Part shown: in pieces, positions 21,545-33,057 of the stretch
Position numbering within the stretch: position 1 is the stretch's first letter
Layout of the letters: every line of letters begins with the position of its first letter
NCBI GenBank assembly: GCA_002104905.1
Contig: MCFE01000300.1
Location: 1 to 64,000, forward strand
DNA from: Basidiobolus meristosporus CBS 931.73
Taxonomy: Eukaryota; Fungi; Basidiobolomycota
Direction of reading: 5' to 3'
Length of the DNA: 64,000 nucleotides
Position numbers and translations under genes: made by a program
Notes under the pieces: generated by a model
Told to the model about the DNA's origin: nothing
What the model saw: the letters and a program-made list of their open reading frames with translations, nothing else
Databases searched by the model: none

Positions 21545-24500
21545 CTATGCTTTGGCCTCCTTGCCAGAGACGGGGGTGCTTCGTGGGGAACTCTCTGGAA
21601 CATCTTGGGATTCAAAGCCGACAGGGACGAATTTACGCTCGAAGGAAGAGTGATCTAGAAAAAGCAGGACTTAGCGGCGTTTCACAAGCAGTATGGAATC
21701 AAGCGAGGCTTACCAGATAGATATCTGCAATATGTACACGACGGGCGTGCGTGGGAATGAATCAGTACTACAGCAGGAATTGGGATCAGTCGTTGGAAAT
21801 TGCTTACCTAGAAAGCTCGGCCCATCCGCCTCCCACACGCACCATCACCATCTTGCTATTCAAAATGCGGCAATAGCAAAGCTTGGGATCAATTTCGCCG
21901 ATCCAATAGCGGCCACTCTCGTTTGCTTTGGCTATCTTGATCTTGAGGGGACAGTTGTTGACGATTCTCCCGACCTCAACATCGAGCGGGTCTTTGGGAT
22001 CCGGGATGTAGTTGTTGGGTGAGTTGGGAACCAGTCTTTTCGGAACAGGCCGCGATGTATTCCATGTATTGACTCGGGCGTGTGCCTTGCGCTTTGTTTG
22101 GGTGGGCTTGGGTAAGGGCGAGGGAGATGGCGATCCTCCTGAAGATTTTCGGCTCGATTTGACGGGCTGGTTTGCAGCAGACACCCTTGACAATGAAGCC
22201 AAAGTGGGCCTCATGTAGCTACCAGACATTGGGCTTGTGGGTCTCCAGATGGATTGGGGAGTTGCCGATCTAGACCTAGAGGCGGTGAACGGGGAAACTG
22301 ACCGCGAGGGAGAGAGAGGGCGTCGCTCTGTGGGCGTGGGTATCAAGCCAGATCTTGAGATCTTTCTCTTGGCCAGCTCGTTGAGCTCCTGGAGGCGTTT
22401 TCCAACCAGACTCTTCATTTCCTCCCATTGCTCTGGCAGGATCTTCAGTCGCTCCGAGACATTCCAGTCGTTCAGTCCCTCAGCAATGGACTTGGCCTTT
22501 TCAATCGCTTTGGGAATTCTCCGGGAGAGGGAGCTGAACGAAGATTCCAGCTGCTTACTGATAGTGTACGCACTGGCGCCCCCCTCTCCAGGATTTTGGT
22601 CAACTAGATCCAGTAAGGATCCCATTGCGTTGTCGATCCTATCAACCAGAACATGGAACTCTTGCACCTGCTCGACCCATCCTTTGAGATCGTCCAGAGT
22701 GGTAAGCAATGCTTTGACTTTCGTCTCCACGCCATTCCGCTGGTCTTGGTATTCGCTGCCTAATTCTTCCGAGGTGGCAAAGATAGGATCCAACTCTTGG
22801 ATCTTGTTCATGATTGTGTTTCTGAGGGTAATCTCGATCTCTTTGACCTCATTGCTGATGACTAGCGGGGTTTCGTTACAACTCTTCATGCCATCTATCT
22901 TGCCTTGAAGAGCGTCAAGTTGCTGCTGTATGGCCTCCAAGTTCCTGCCCACAAAGAGCTTCCTTGCGTTGTACGGGGCCGTATCCAGCTCCTCAAGTTT
23001 CTGTTGGATTGAGGAATGCAAGGTTTTGAGTACACCGACGTTTTCAAGCTGGCTTTTGGGGGGCGACATCCAATCCGGGTGTTCAGTAAACCCAAGGATG
23101 CTCCGGCATTTCCCGAGTCCCTTTTCAAGATGGTCGATCTCGTGCTGTAAATCAATTGAATCGATGTCGGTGGATGGCTGTTTCCGGGCCACGAGGGAGT
23201 TCAAGAGAGACTCCGCGTCTCGAAGTTGCTGGTGCCATTGAACATAAAGGCGGAGAGACTCTATCTCATTCTTCATTGTGTGGTATGAGCTGGAGAGTCG
23301 GGCCCACTCCGATTCGATTTGATCTTGGCTCTGGCTAATCTTGTCGGTGGCATCGGGAGATTGAGCCAAGATTGTAAAGTAGTATTCGCGCAAATGATCA
23401 TGACGTGCTGTGCACATTCTTAGATCAGATTCAAGCTTGGTGTAAGCAAGTATGTAGCCATTGAGTTGAGCTTCGTCTTTGTCCAAGGTCTCCCCACTCA
23501 TCTTGCTGTGAGTATCCTGAATGGTCAGTGCTTCTTGATTCCGTTCTACGAGTGTGGTTCGGAAGTCCTCTACGTCGTCAAGGTAAACAGCCAACAGCCG
23601 GCTACTTTTGATGCTAGAGACAAACTTTGCGAGTTGTACCTTCGCCTGATCTATATCCTTCTCGACACATTCATTTTGCTTACGAACGATGGCTTTATGC
23701 TCAGATACATAACATTCGCACGCAGCCTCAAACTCTCCGGAAGTCTCTTGCTCGATGGTCTCTAGCTGCTCGCGCCACTTCAACACGACGTCGTTCTCTA
23801 CTCCTGCAGGGTCCGTCGACTCAATCTCATCTTGAATGTGGCTCAGGGTGGCAAGCAGGCTCTGGGTGCTTCTCAGGTAGCGAGAAGAGGCCACTGCTGA
23901 CCTCATCCTATCGGAGGAGCTGGCTGCAAGCTCTTGTAAACTCTCCCAAGATTTGGCAATCTCTTCATCACACCTCGCTATGGCTTGTAACTGCTCCAAA
24001 GCGTCCGGCTCTTTAGCGCTCTCCTTAAATCTTGAATGAAGGGTGGCGAGTGCTCGATAGGAAGCCTCCTGTGTAGGGGTCTCTTCAACAATTGAGAGAA
24101 TACGATCCCAACGCTCCTCTAACACCTGTGTGTCGTTATCCATAAGATCCGTGGGGCAAAGGGCGAGTAGCTCCTGCTCCTTGTCACTAATCCAGGATCG
24201 GAGATGATCGTAGGTCTTCATATAATCATCATGAATCGCAGTCTGCTGTAGGTTGTATTTTTGCTTAGAGAACTCCTCTAGGGCGGATTGGATGGATTCC
24301 GCGAGGCCTTGGTAGCGAGAAATGGCTGCCTGAAGCGCTTTCGAGCTGGATTCACTGACCATATTCCCATCTAGAAACTCCACCATGCCGGGAATACTGT
24401 GCACTTGATTATTCACCTCCTCCAATTTATCCTGGAGTGCTTTGAGTCTCTCGCCTATCACTGCACCGCTACCCTCCATGCTGGTCAAAGTCCCACCGAA

Positions 24501-27500
24501 GAAAGCTTTGGCTTCAGCCACTGCTGCTTCCAGTTCGGTCGCCGAAGCCATAAACATAACGATTGCTGAGGTTTGACCAATGAGAAGCTTAATGCTCTCC
24601 ATCGTGTCGCCCAGGCCGTCGTACTGGGCCAAGACCAAGTCCCTCTTTGCCAGTATATCATCTTTGATTTTGGGAAGACTGACATGGGCGGAGCCTTGGA
24701 GAGCCTCTATGACTGGTGCTACGGATTGGGATTGTGGAAGAAGCTGCTTCTCTTTGATTTCTTTAAGCTCCTCGTCTAGTGTGGTATACCTCGGTAGGAG
24801 CTGAGAGACATCCATTACTTCCGAACTCCATTTGGCGTCAGATCGCAGCTCCTTTGCAACCTCATTCTTGATGGCCAACTGATCACTCAGCGCCTTAAGA
24901 CTGCATCGCAGAGGGAGCACATCAATCAAGATGGTCAGCAACTCCTGAGAATTGCTTAGCCTTTCCTTGATTTGAGAAATGTCAGCCTGAATGGCTTCGT
25001 AGTCAAACTGGATCTTACTCGAGTCCTCGGGTCTTTCCTCATCGGACAGGGAATCCAAGCAATGCTTGGAATGAGCGAGGAAGGCTATCTCCTTTGCCTC
25101 AAACTCTTGCAAGTGCTTGATAGCTTGCTGGGTGTTTGCCAGGTGGAGGTCGACTTCCGACTTGCTTTGCATCTCTTCCGCCGTAGTGGGCACTTGCTCA
25201 CTCTCCTGTCTGAATTTCTCAAGTCGTGCTCTGGCTGCCTCGGCCATTTCCCACCACGCCTTCGAGTTGTTTTCTCTCTGTGAATCGATTAAGCTGCGTC
25301 TAGTTGCTTCGTATATGTTCTCAAGCTCTGTCAATCTCTTTACGTAGGTCTCGTCTTCGGAATCAAAGAGCTCCTCATATTTCAAACTCAAATCGTCGAT
25401 TTCACCCTTGAAAGCATCCAGCTTCGCTTCTGTCTCTCCTCTGATGGCTGCATCACTCACCACCTTCGTTGCTAGCAGATCCATGTCCTTCATTTTGCAT
25501 TCTAGCTCGTTGGCGCATTTGGCAAAATCGAATCCCCGCGATAAGAGCCTAACTTCTCGCTTCCGCCTCTCCAAGCTCTCCTGGACTTCGATCCAGGAGC
25601 CAAGAAGAACCTGGTGAATGTTCTCAATGATGGCACGGATTCCAGCGGTGCTCTCGGCGAGACGCTCGTTGGTTTGTTTCTCAAATGGCTCCCAGGTGGC
25701 TTTCTCGAAATCGGAGATTTCCCTCTCGAATCTGTCGATCTCCTCCAGGAGACCGGTATGCTGCTCTGTAGTGCAAGTGAGACCATGGATAGGGATCCGG
25801 GCTGACAGGGTTGAGCGCAGATTCTCCAAGACATTTTCGATGTCTTTGGCAGTGTCTTGCCACCGGGTTGGAGTTCGCTTTTGACTTAGCTCCTCCCACT
25901 TTTTCTCATATAGCTTCTCATTTTCCTCCACAAACTGCTTCAACTCGGCATGTCGTTCTTGGGCAAGTTGGATATCGGCCGCTTTCGAGTAGAGTGAGGC
26001 CATGTCATCGAATTTCTTACGGAGCAAGCGCAGACCATTACCGGTCTGTATCATGGTGTGTTCGGCGCTTTCCTCGTCCCAGCTATCGATCGCGGCTCTG
26101 ATCGACACCAATTTGGTCCGAATCAACTTTTCGATCTGAAGGTATTTGAAAAGCTCATCGAACTTCTGGGTCTCTTGGGTCAGACTGTCTAACTTTGTCT
26201 GCCACTGTTTGGCCAAGTCCTGTGCTGCGTCCATGAGCTTTGGGATGGACGCTGCGTCCGGGCTGCCATTCGCCATTTGGTTGAGAGTCGAGAGCTCGGA
26301 CTCTCTGGCTTTCAGTGAGCTTGATGAGTTTTTCAGCTGGGCCTTCTGCTCTGAAAGCACCGTCTTGTACTTTCCGAAATCCTCCACGCTGGCCACGATA
26401 GCCTCCTCGATTCCGGTGATTTTATCGATGCCTTCCTGGAATTTCAGGGTTACCTCTTCGTAACGCGTTTGGAAATCCTCGGCGGATTTCTCCTGCTTGA
26501 GCCGATTGTTTTCCTCCACCACGAGCGCCTTGGCGTCAGACACTGCTTGAACCAATGCCTCCTTGGCATCAAGTAGATACTTGGGGGATGGGTTGGGCAT
26601 GTCGCTGCATATCACACCGACCGATTGCTCCAATTCGTCGAAATCGTGATTGATACTGACCAGCAAGGAGGAGCGGTCTTTTCGGACTCCGCCAGACAGT
26701 CGCAAATCGACGAGCTTTTGAATGTCGCTTGAGAGCTCCTCAGTTGCTTTTTCAAAGACGTGTATCTCCTCCATTTTGTCAACGATTGCTTGTAATGTCT
26801 TGCACCCGCTACTCTGCTCAGAGGCTTTGCTAGAAAGGTCCTGGTAACTACTGAGAACATCTGAAAGCTTCTCCCGAAGGCTTTTGGAAGCGTCTTCTGG
26901 TAAATCCTCGTCCAACAAGATGGCTTGCGTACTTTGCTCATAACAATGCAATTCCTCCGATAATTCCGAGGCCACATCTTCCACTGAAGCAATTGAAGCT
27001 CGGTGATTCCCTAGGGAAAGTTGATCCATTACAGTCTCAAAGTCAGACTGCATTGGAAGTGAGCTCAAGCATCTGTGAATTTTCATCAGAAGGTCGTCTC
27101 CGAGCGCGACTGCCTCTTTGGCCTGTTCTTCTAGCTTCTTCCGATGCCGCTCAAGATCAAGCTCCTTACGAACGGCCTCGATCGTCTGACAGTATTCCTC
27201 GTCCTTCTGCCTCTTCGACATCACCTTGTAATATTCCGACACATAGGTCATGATGGATTTTTCATCCGGCAAATCCACGTTCATGATGTCCTCGGCATCC
27301 AGCAAAAATGGGATCCCCATGGCTTCGTTGGCAACCAAGAAAGCATCGTTCAATATGTTTCTCCATTCCTCCTTTCCCCTGTCGACTCGCGTCTGAACGA
27401 CCTCGGGATGGGCAATCAGCCTGGGGTCATGGCGATTAATGAGCGCAGAGAATGCCGCACCGCTCTTCCAAGACCGGTGGAAATCTTTCACCACCGGGGC

Positions 27501-28236
27501 CATCTCGCCGTACAACGCCAGTTGATTCTGCACCCACAGGAGGAGCGAACCCTTGATGTCTTTCTTACTTACCAAATCACTCCAGGATGATTTCTTACTC
27601 AGAGTGGCCGGAAGGCTTAGAGAGCCACCTTTGTTCTTCTTTATACAACGCAAGAATCCGTTAGTAGGCGCACAAGGAAACACAGGATATCATGCTATTC
27701 ACCAAGCTTTCGTTGTGCCCGGGTGGCTCCTCGAAATTCATCTCTAGCGAGTGGATTAATTCCTCTCTATCGACCTGTTGGATCTGGAACTTCAGAATCA
27801 ACAGCCAGACAAGCCCCAGGGTCAGCTTGGTGTTTCCATCGACGATGTCCTCGCTACCGATGTTTTTGAGCGATTCCCCTATATTTTGCTCCAGGAATTG
27901 TAGCGCTTTGGTCACGTTTGACATGGAGTGAATGCGCATGGAGAGTTTCTCCGGCTTGGGTAGAGTTTGTTTGGAGAGAGTTTCCAGAAGCTTGAGCAGC
28001 AGCTTTCCGTCTCTGAGATCCAGATCGATGGAGACGATCTGGTCCTCTTCATCTTTCAGCTGTGAATTGATCCACTTGGTGAAAGTTTTCTTCTGGATCT
28101 CCTCGTAGGTGATGGCAAGCTCTCGTATCTTTTCGTCATTATAGTCGGACTCGTTGTATTCGGAGCCGGTGGAGGTGGACGAACGAGTAGGTGAGCGGTA
28201 TGCCGATAGACTTCTTCTAAGTGTGGTCCACGACAT
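21545..28236 (-). CDS. Large cytoskeletal linker: tandem calponin-homology (actinin-type actin-binding) domains, ~1600-aa helical rod, Ser/Pro/Arg-rich segment, GAS2/GAR domain (~2161 aa); spectraplakin-like architecture
   Basis: Exons 27703-28236, 21808-27638, 21714-21724 and 21545-21654 total 6486 nt, in frame. CH1: IQKKTFTKWINSQL...DLRDGKLLLKLLETLS...DIVDGNTKLTLGLVWLLILKFQI. CH2: LLLWVQ...VKDFHRSWKSGAAFSALINRHDP...PDEKSIMTYVSEYY. GAR: YCRILNSKMVMVRVGGGWAELSRYLSDH. Confidence 0.88.
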
Positions 28237-28464
28237 GGAGAAACACCCTCACGCTTCAAACTAGAGAGATTCCTGGCGTCTTCCCAACGTATTTACCTTT
28301 TGATATGTGTGCAAGTATATGCCTTCACAGCTGTGAAATGTGGTGGACAATTGGGGACTTCTCCTTTGCTTGGAAATTCACCACAACACAGCACACTCTG
28401 TTTCCAGGCCAACTGTAGATGCTGGCTCATCACATCACCAATCTCGATGTCGGCTTGTTGCTAA

Positions 28465-28660
28465 CCAATGATTGATTGATGTACATCGGTGAAGATATTG
28501 GTTCGCTACAGTAGCCCAGTAATTTAAGAAATCTCCTAAATTGAATTGAACTCTATTGTACTTTGATCAAAGCCACCATTCGTGAAGTGTTTTCCCTCCT
28601 GCTTTCCCCTTTCACACCCCTAATCCACAGAGCGGTCAAACCATCGTGGCCAATGATTGG
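28465..28660. promoter_or_regulatory. Two CCAATGATTG(G) CCAAT-dyad motifs in the divergent promoter between the spectraplakin-like gene and PUS7
   Basis: CCAATGATTG at 28465-28474 and the palindrome CCAATGATTGG at 28650-28660. Function is inferred only. Confidence 0.35.
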
Positions 28661-28819
28661 TCATTTTCCGGTGTAGATCCCCTCCCCATATTCGACAACT
28701 TGCTCCAGGGTTGGTTTATTCCAGAATCCATTCGGAATCCCACTCAATCAAGAAAAAAAATATGGTGGCAATAGTCGATACACGGCTGGGAACAAACACC
28801 ACATCGTATTACCACTAAC

Positions 28820-30765
28820 ATGAGTTCTCCTCCCGCAAAACGGATCAAGGTGGACGTGGAACAGGAGGCGTGTTCGACAACCGGTGAGCACAAACAAGAG
28901 AACACCACTCTACCATGGGGCGAGCATTGTGTCGGAATAACGGAATTTGTTAACGCTAGTATTCCTGGGTTTACGGGAATCATTAAGCATCGGTACACCG
29001 ATTTCTTGGTCAACGAGATCGACGAGGAGGGCCAAGTCGTCCATTTGACCGATTTCTCCTTACCCAAGAGCACTCCCCTGGAGCCACCAAAGGAGGAGGT
29101 TCCTCTACTATCTCTCGAAGAAAGCGTTTCTAATCTGACTGATCTACTTGGGAATGCCGAGACACCGCTGGAGATCCAGAAACTATTCGAATCGAAGGGG
29201 GAAGAGCCACAACACGTATTTATTGAGGCTATAGACGACAAGGAGAAGCGTACCAAGATCCACCAGTTCTTCAAAAACGCTTTCGACCGTAAATTGGTCA
29301 CCGAAGCCTCCGACGGGCGTATCAAGGTCCGGTATGTTGCCGAGGGAGTCGACAGAAGGGACAGGAAATTCCAACGGAAAAGAAACGACTGGAACGTGGC
29401 CGAGGGGGATTTCTGCCGGTTTGTGCTCCACAAGGAAAACAAGGACACCATGGAGGCGGTCAACATGCTCTCTAAAGTCATGAAGATGAGCTCGAAGATT
29501 TTCTCCTACGCCGGGACGAAGGACAAGCGAGGGGTCACTGCACAATGGGTGACCGCGTACCACGTGAAGCCCGAGAGACTCCTAGGGCTGAACAAGCGTC
29601 TTCGCGGCATGCAGCTCGGCAATTTTGGCTACTGCAAAAATAAGCTCGACCTCGGGGACCTGAAAGGTAACCGCTTCTCCATCGTCCTGAGGGATGTCAC
29701 CGTTGACTCGCAAGAGATCATCGATCAGGCGGTAACCACCATCAAGGACAAAGGGTTCATCAACTACTTTGGCATGCAGAGATTCGGATCCAGCGGAGCC
29801 CCCACCCATACCATAGGCAAGGCCATGCTGCTTGGCCAATGGGAGCAGGCGGTAGATCTCATTCTTATGCCTCGCGAGGGAGAGAGCGGGGACATTGCTG
29901 AGGCGCGCAAAGCCTGGGCGGAGCACCACGACCCTAAGAAAGCGCTCGAGGTATTCCCCAGAAAATGCGTCGCGGAAACCCACATTCTCTCCGCCTTTGC
30001 CAAGAGCGGTCAGCAGAGAGATTTCCTAGGGGCTATCAAGATGATTCCTCGCAACCTGAGAATGATGTACGTCCACGCTTACCAATCCTACGTTTGGAAC
30101 CACATGGTCTCCCAGAGAATCCAGCTCTACGGCTCTGACAGACCAGTTGTTGGAGATCTTGTGTTGGCCAACGAATCGGAGCTGCGTGAGGTGGAGGAGG
30201 CGGATGTAAGTGAGGATGGAGACGAAGAGTCCGGCCATGTCGCGGTCAAAGTGTTGACTGAGGATGACCTGCCCCAGTACACCATCTACGATGTGGTTCT
30301 CCCTCTTCCCGGGTTCGACGTTGTGTATCCCGAGAATGAGATTGGCGGCAAGTATAATGAGCTGATGAGCCAGGATGGACTCGACCCTAGAGATATGCGT
30401 AGAAACGTCAAGTAAGTCTCCCTCACATATAGATGCTGCCAGTGAGATCCTAACCATCCCGTCCCAGGGAATTCTCCCTCCCCGGATCCTATCGCAAGTT
30501 CATGGCCAAGCCGGAGAACGTCTCTTGGCAGACGTTGAAGTACACCGATGCGGACGCTTCCCTCGCCCAGACCGATCTGGACAGATTGGCGGGGATCCAG
30601 GAGCCGGCGGGTGTGCCTGATGGCGATCATCTCGCACTTCGCGTGGCCTTCTCCTTGAGCTCCAGTCAGTACGCTACCATGGCGTTGCGGGAAATCCTCA
30701 AGACCGAGACGACCGGCAGCTTCCACCTGGCATTAAGCCAGAAGGCCAATCAACCTCAGATCTAA
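28820..30765 (+). CDS. PUS7: Multisubstrate pseudouridine synthase 7 (TruD family), 629 aa
   Basis: Motifs: GIIKHRYTDFLVNEI, LHKENKDTMEA, FSYAGTKDKRGVT (catalytic Asp), LGDLKGNRFSIVLR, GFINYFGMQRFG, MYVHAYQSYVWN. The single intron 30412-30467 gives ...RNVKEFSLPGSYRKFMAKP...; exons total 1890 nt. Confidence 0.96.
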
Positions 30766-31084
30766 CAGAATAGAATAGCTACACATAGAGATGCCTGTAT
30801 ATATCCTATCTCATTATTGATGTCAGGGAAGGGATCAGACTGCCCCTCGATTGCCCCTCGATTGCCTGATAATAAAGTGGATTTCAGAATGCTTGATTAC
30901 CATCTGTCCCCCACCCCCATTGACGGATCTCATCCGCATGGATTATACTTTGGAAATTTTCCGAAGCCACTGCCCGACCGCGATTATCTCCGGGCGGTAT
31001 AAGAGTCGGGCAGTCGCTCAAGGACACCTCGTAGGCACCACTTAACCCGCCCGTAACCAATCCTAACCTTTACTAACCTAACCC

Positions 31085-31696
31085 ATGCGCGCATTCGTCT
31101 TACTCGCTCTGGCCACCTTCCCAATAACCCACGCGGAGTCTAACGAGGATCACAAGGATGCGGAGAACGACCCAGGCCTTGCGAACCTCGGGCTCCTAAA
31201 GTCCTTGCCCATCATTGGCGACTCGGACTCCAGGAGCAAATCTGGCGACAAATCGCCCGGTCTCCTGGGTACCGGCCTAAGCCTGGGCCTGCTGGGGAAG
31301 GAGAACCCGCAGGAGCGAAAGACCCCTACCATCCATGAGTATGTGACTCCGATCGAGGAGAACGACGACGAATACGAGTACTACCCACGCCCCCAGCCCA
31401 ACCTTTACCCCTCGACGGAGGAGTATCCCCGGTACGGCCGGTACAAGGGCGGAAGAAAGCACCGGTCGAAGTCGAGGTACGACGAGGATTCCAACGCCGT
31501 CAACGCCGATGGTAAGCGTAGGCCGAAGAAGTGGTCGTACACCACTTCCTGGACCACCACCTATCCCACCACCTACACCACCTACACCGCGAAATATCGA
31601 CCCACCCGTACCCCGGTGGCCCAGCCCACCAATCAAGCGACGCAGCCAGACGCTGAGGACTGTTTACTCGGCATTGGTGGACTGGGATGTTTATAG
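31085..31696 (+). CDS. Small secreted protein of unknown family (203 aa)
   Basis: Intronless GC-rich ORF with a signal-peptide-like N-terminus (MRAFVLLALATFPITHA), Gly/Leu-rich motifs, Tyr/Pro and Thr/Tyr tracts, and a C-terminal DCLLGIGGLGCL. Confidence 0.7.
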   Translation: MRAFVLLALATFPITHAESNEDHKDAENDPGLANLGLLKSLPIIGDSDSRSKSGDKSPGLLGTGLSLGLLGKENPQERKTPTIHEYVTPIEENDDEYEYYPRPQPNLYPSTEEYPRYGRYKGGRKHRSKSRYDEDSNAVNADGKRRPKKWSYTTSWTTTYPTTYTTYTAKYRPTRTPVAQPTNQATQPDAEDCLLGIGGLGCL

Positions 31697-32344
31697 CCCA
31701 AAAATCTTGTACATTATCCTTCCCCGACCTTGTATTCAACTCCAATAAATCCCGATTTACCATACTGTATATTTACTTGGCTTGCAAATCTCTTGATTTC
31801 CAGACAAAACCTATCATTCATTGAATGGCGGGTAGAGCATCCAAAAGATCCCCAATTTCACCTACATACCTAGTGGACCTTCCAAACCATCCTCCATTAT
31901 TGTACATAGATAAAGGCTCCTTCACGTCTTACAAGTCACCAAGTGAGCATCATATAATTGACTAGCTCTCCCTATCACTTCCAGCGTCCTCATAATCCTT
32001 GCATTAGCTATGAATCAGGCCATCATTTGCAGGATTCTTTACCAATATCATCGTGAGAATTTCTCCTTTTACTAAAAGCTATAATGCCACATTATGCCAG
32101 CAGATTCACAGTGTTTGATTGATGCAGCACTCTATAGTACCATATAATACAACAACTCCTACCATCATGCCAGAAGTAGGACACACTAGCTTGTAATTCT
32201 GCTTGTTGTTGCTCAGATATTCAGAGCAGTGTTGTACTTCCTTTGTTTTTCATAGTACTTCATATACATACCCCTTGGTAGATGACTTCTTGTCAGCATA
32301 TGCTTAACATCTTGACTATTTACCCTATTCTACTTTTTCTTCTA

Positions 32345-32600
32345 TACAGATAGCAAGCCTATATTCCCTTGCAACAGTACCCTGCATGAGATTGGCAAGA
32401 TCCCAATATGTTATGAGAAAACAGCTGTTGAAAAAAAATACCAGGGATACTTTATGGGGCCTTGTGAGCCCAGTAATTTCTTTACTGGTGAATGCTGAAA
32501 TGTATTGACTTGTGAGGTGGTATGTTTCCACCATTATTAGTACTGGGGGCTTTGAGGATTTACTGCTACTTCTTGTCAAAATTGTTCCAGAATGCAACTA
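32345..32600 (+). repeat. Unclassified dispersed repeat, homologous to ~42070-42330
   Basis: Shared sequence CAGTACCCTGCATGAG..GGCAA.ATCCCAATA and GGGGGCTTTGAGGATTTAC. Both copies translate similarly (STLHE.GKIPI...EKK.QGYF...EPSN.FTG). Confidence 0.7.
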
Positions 32601-32746
32601 ACCATGTAGATGGTACAAGTAGACAACCATCATGTAGCTTGCAACAAATGAGCCAGAGACCATCCTGATACCAGCATGTGTTAAAAGTTGCATAGCATGT
32701 ACATCAGATAATGCCACCATTGCAAGGTGCTAACTTGCCAGGAATC

Positions 32747-33057
32747 TGTTGTCAAGCTCATAAATGCACCTAAGCACTCACCTGACTTAGTCATGCAGAT
32801 CATGACCTACAAATCCTAGAGATTTCTGACCAGATTTCTCGTTGGTATTTACTTGGAATATTCTTACCAAAACATCAAGTACCCAGCACATGAAATTTCT
32901 CAAAGTTGTCCAAAAACCCCAAACTTTGCACACATGCTTGTGAAACCTTTCTATATATATCCTATATGCTTGCTTTGCCAAGACTATAGAAGGGTGTTAA
33001 TACTACTTCGACATTCAATAAATCATCAAGTGAAAACCACATAATCTACTTGTTCTT
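32747..33057 (+). mobile_element. Copia family A LTR (sense on +, 3' ~37 bp missing), fused to the opposite-orientation 3' LTR stub of element A1
   Basis: Starts TGTTGTCAAG and aligns with the reverse complement of the LTRs at 35874-36222 and 36952-37298. Confidence 0.8.

Noticed and set aside
7990-28236. Functional cluster of microtubule genes (DAD2 plus GAR proteins)
   Set aside because: They are separated by unrelated genes, and no shared regulatory signal is seen; co-location is probably coincidental.
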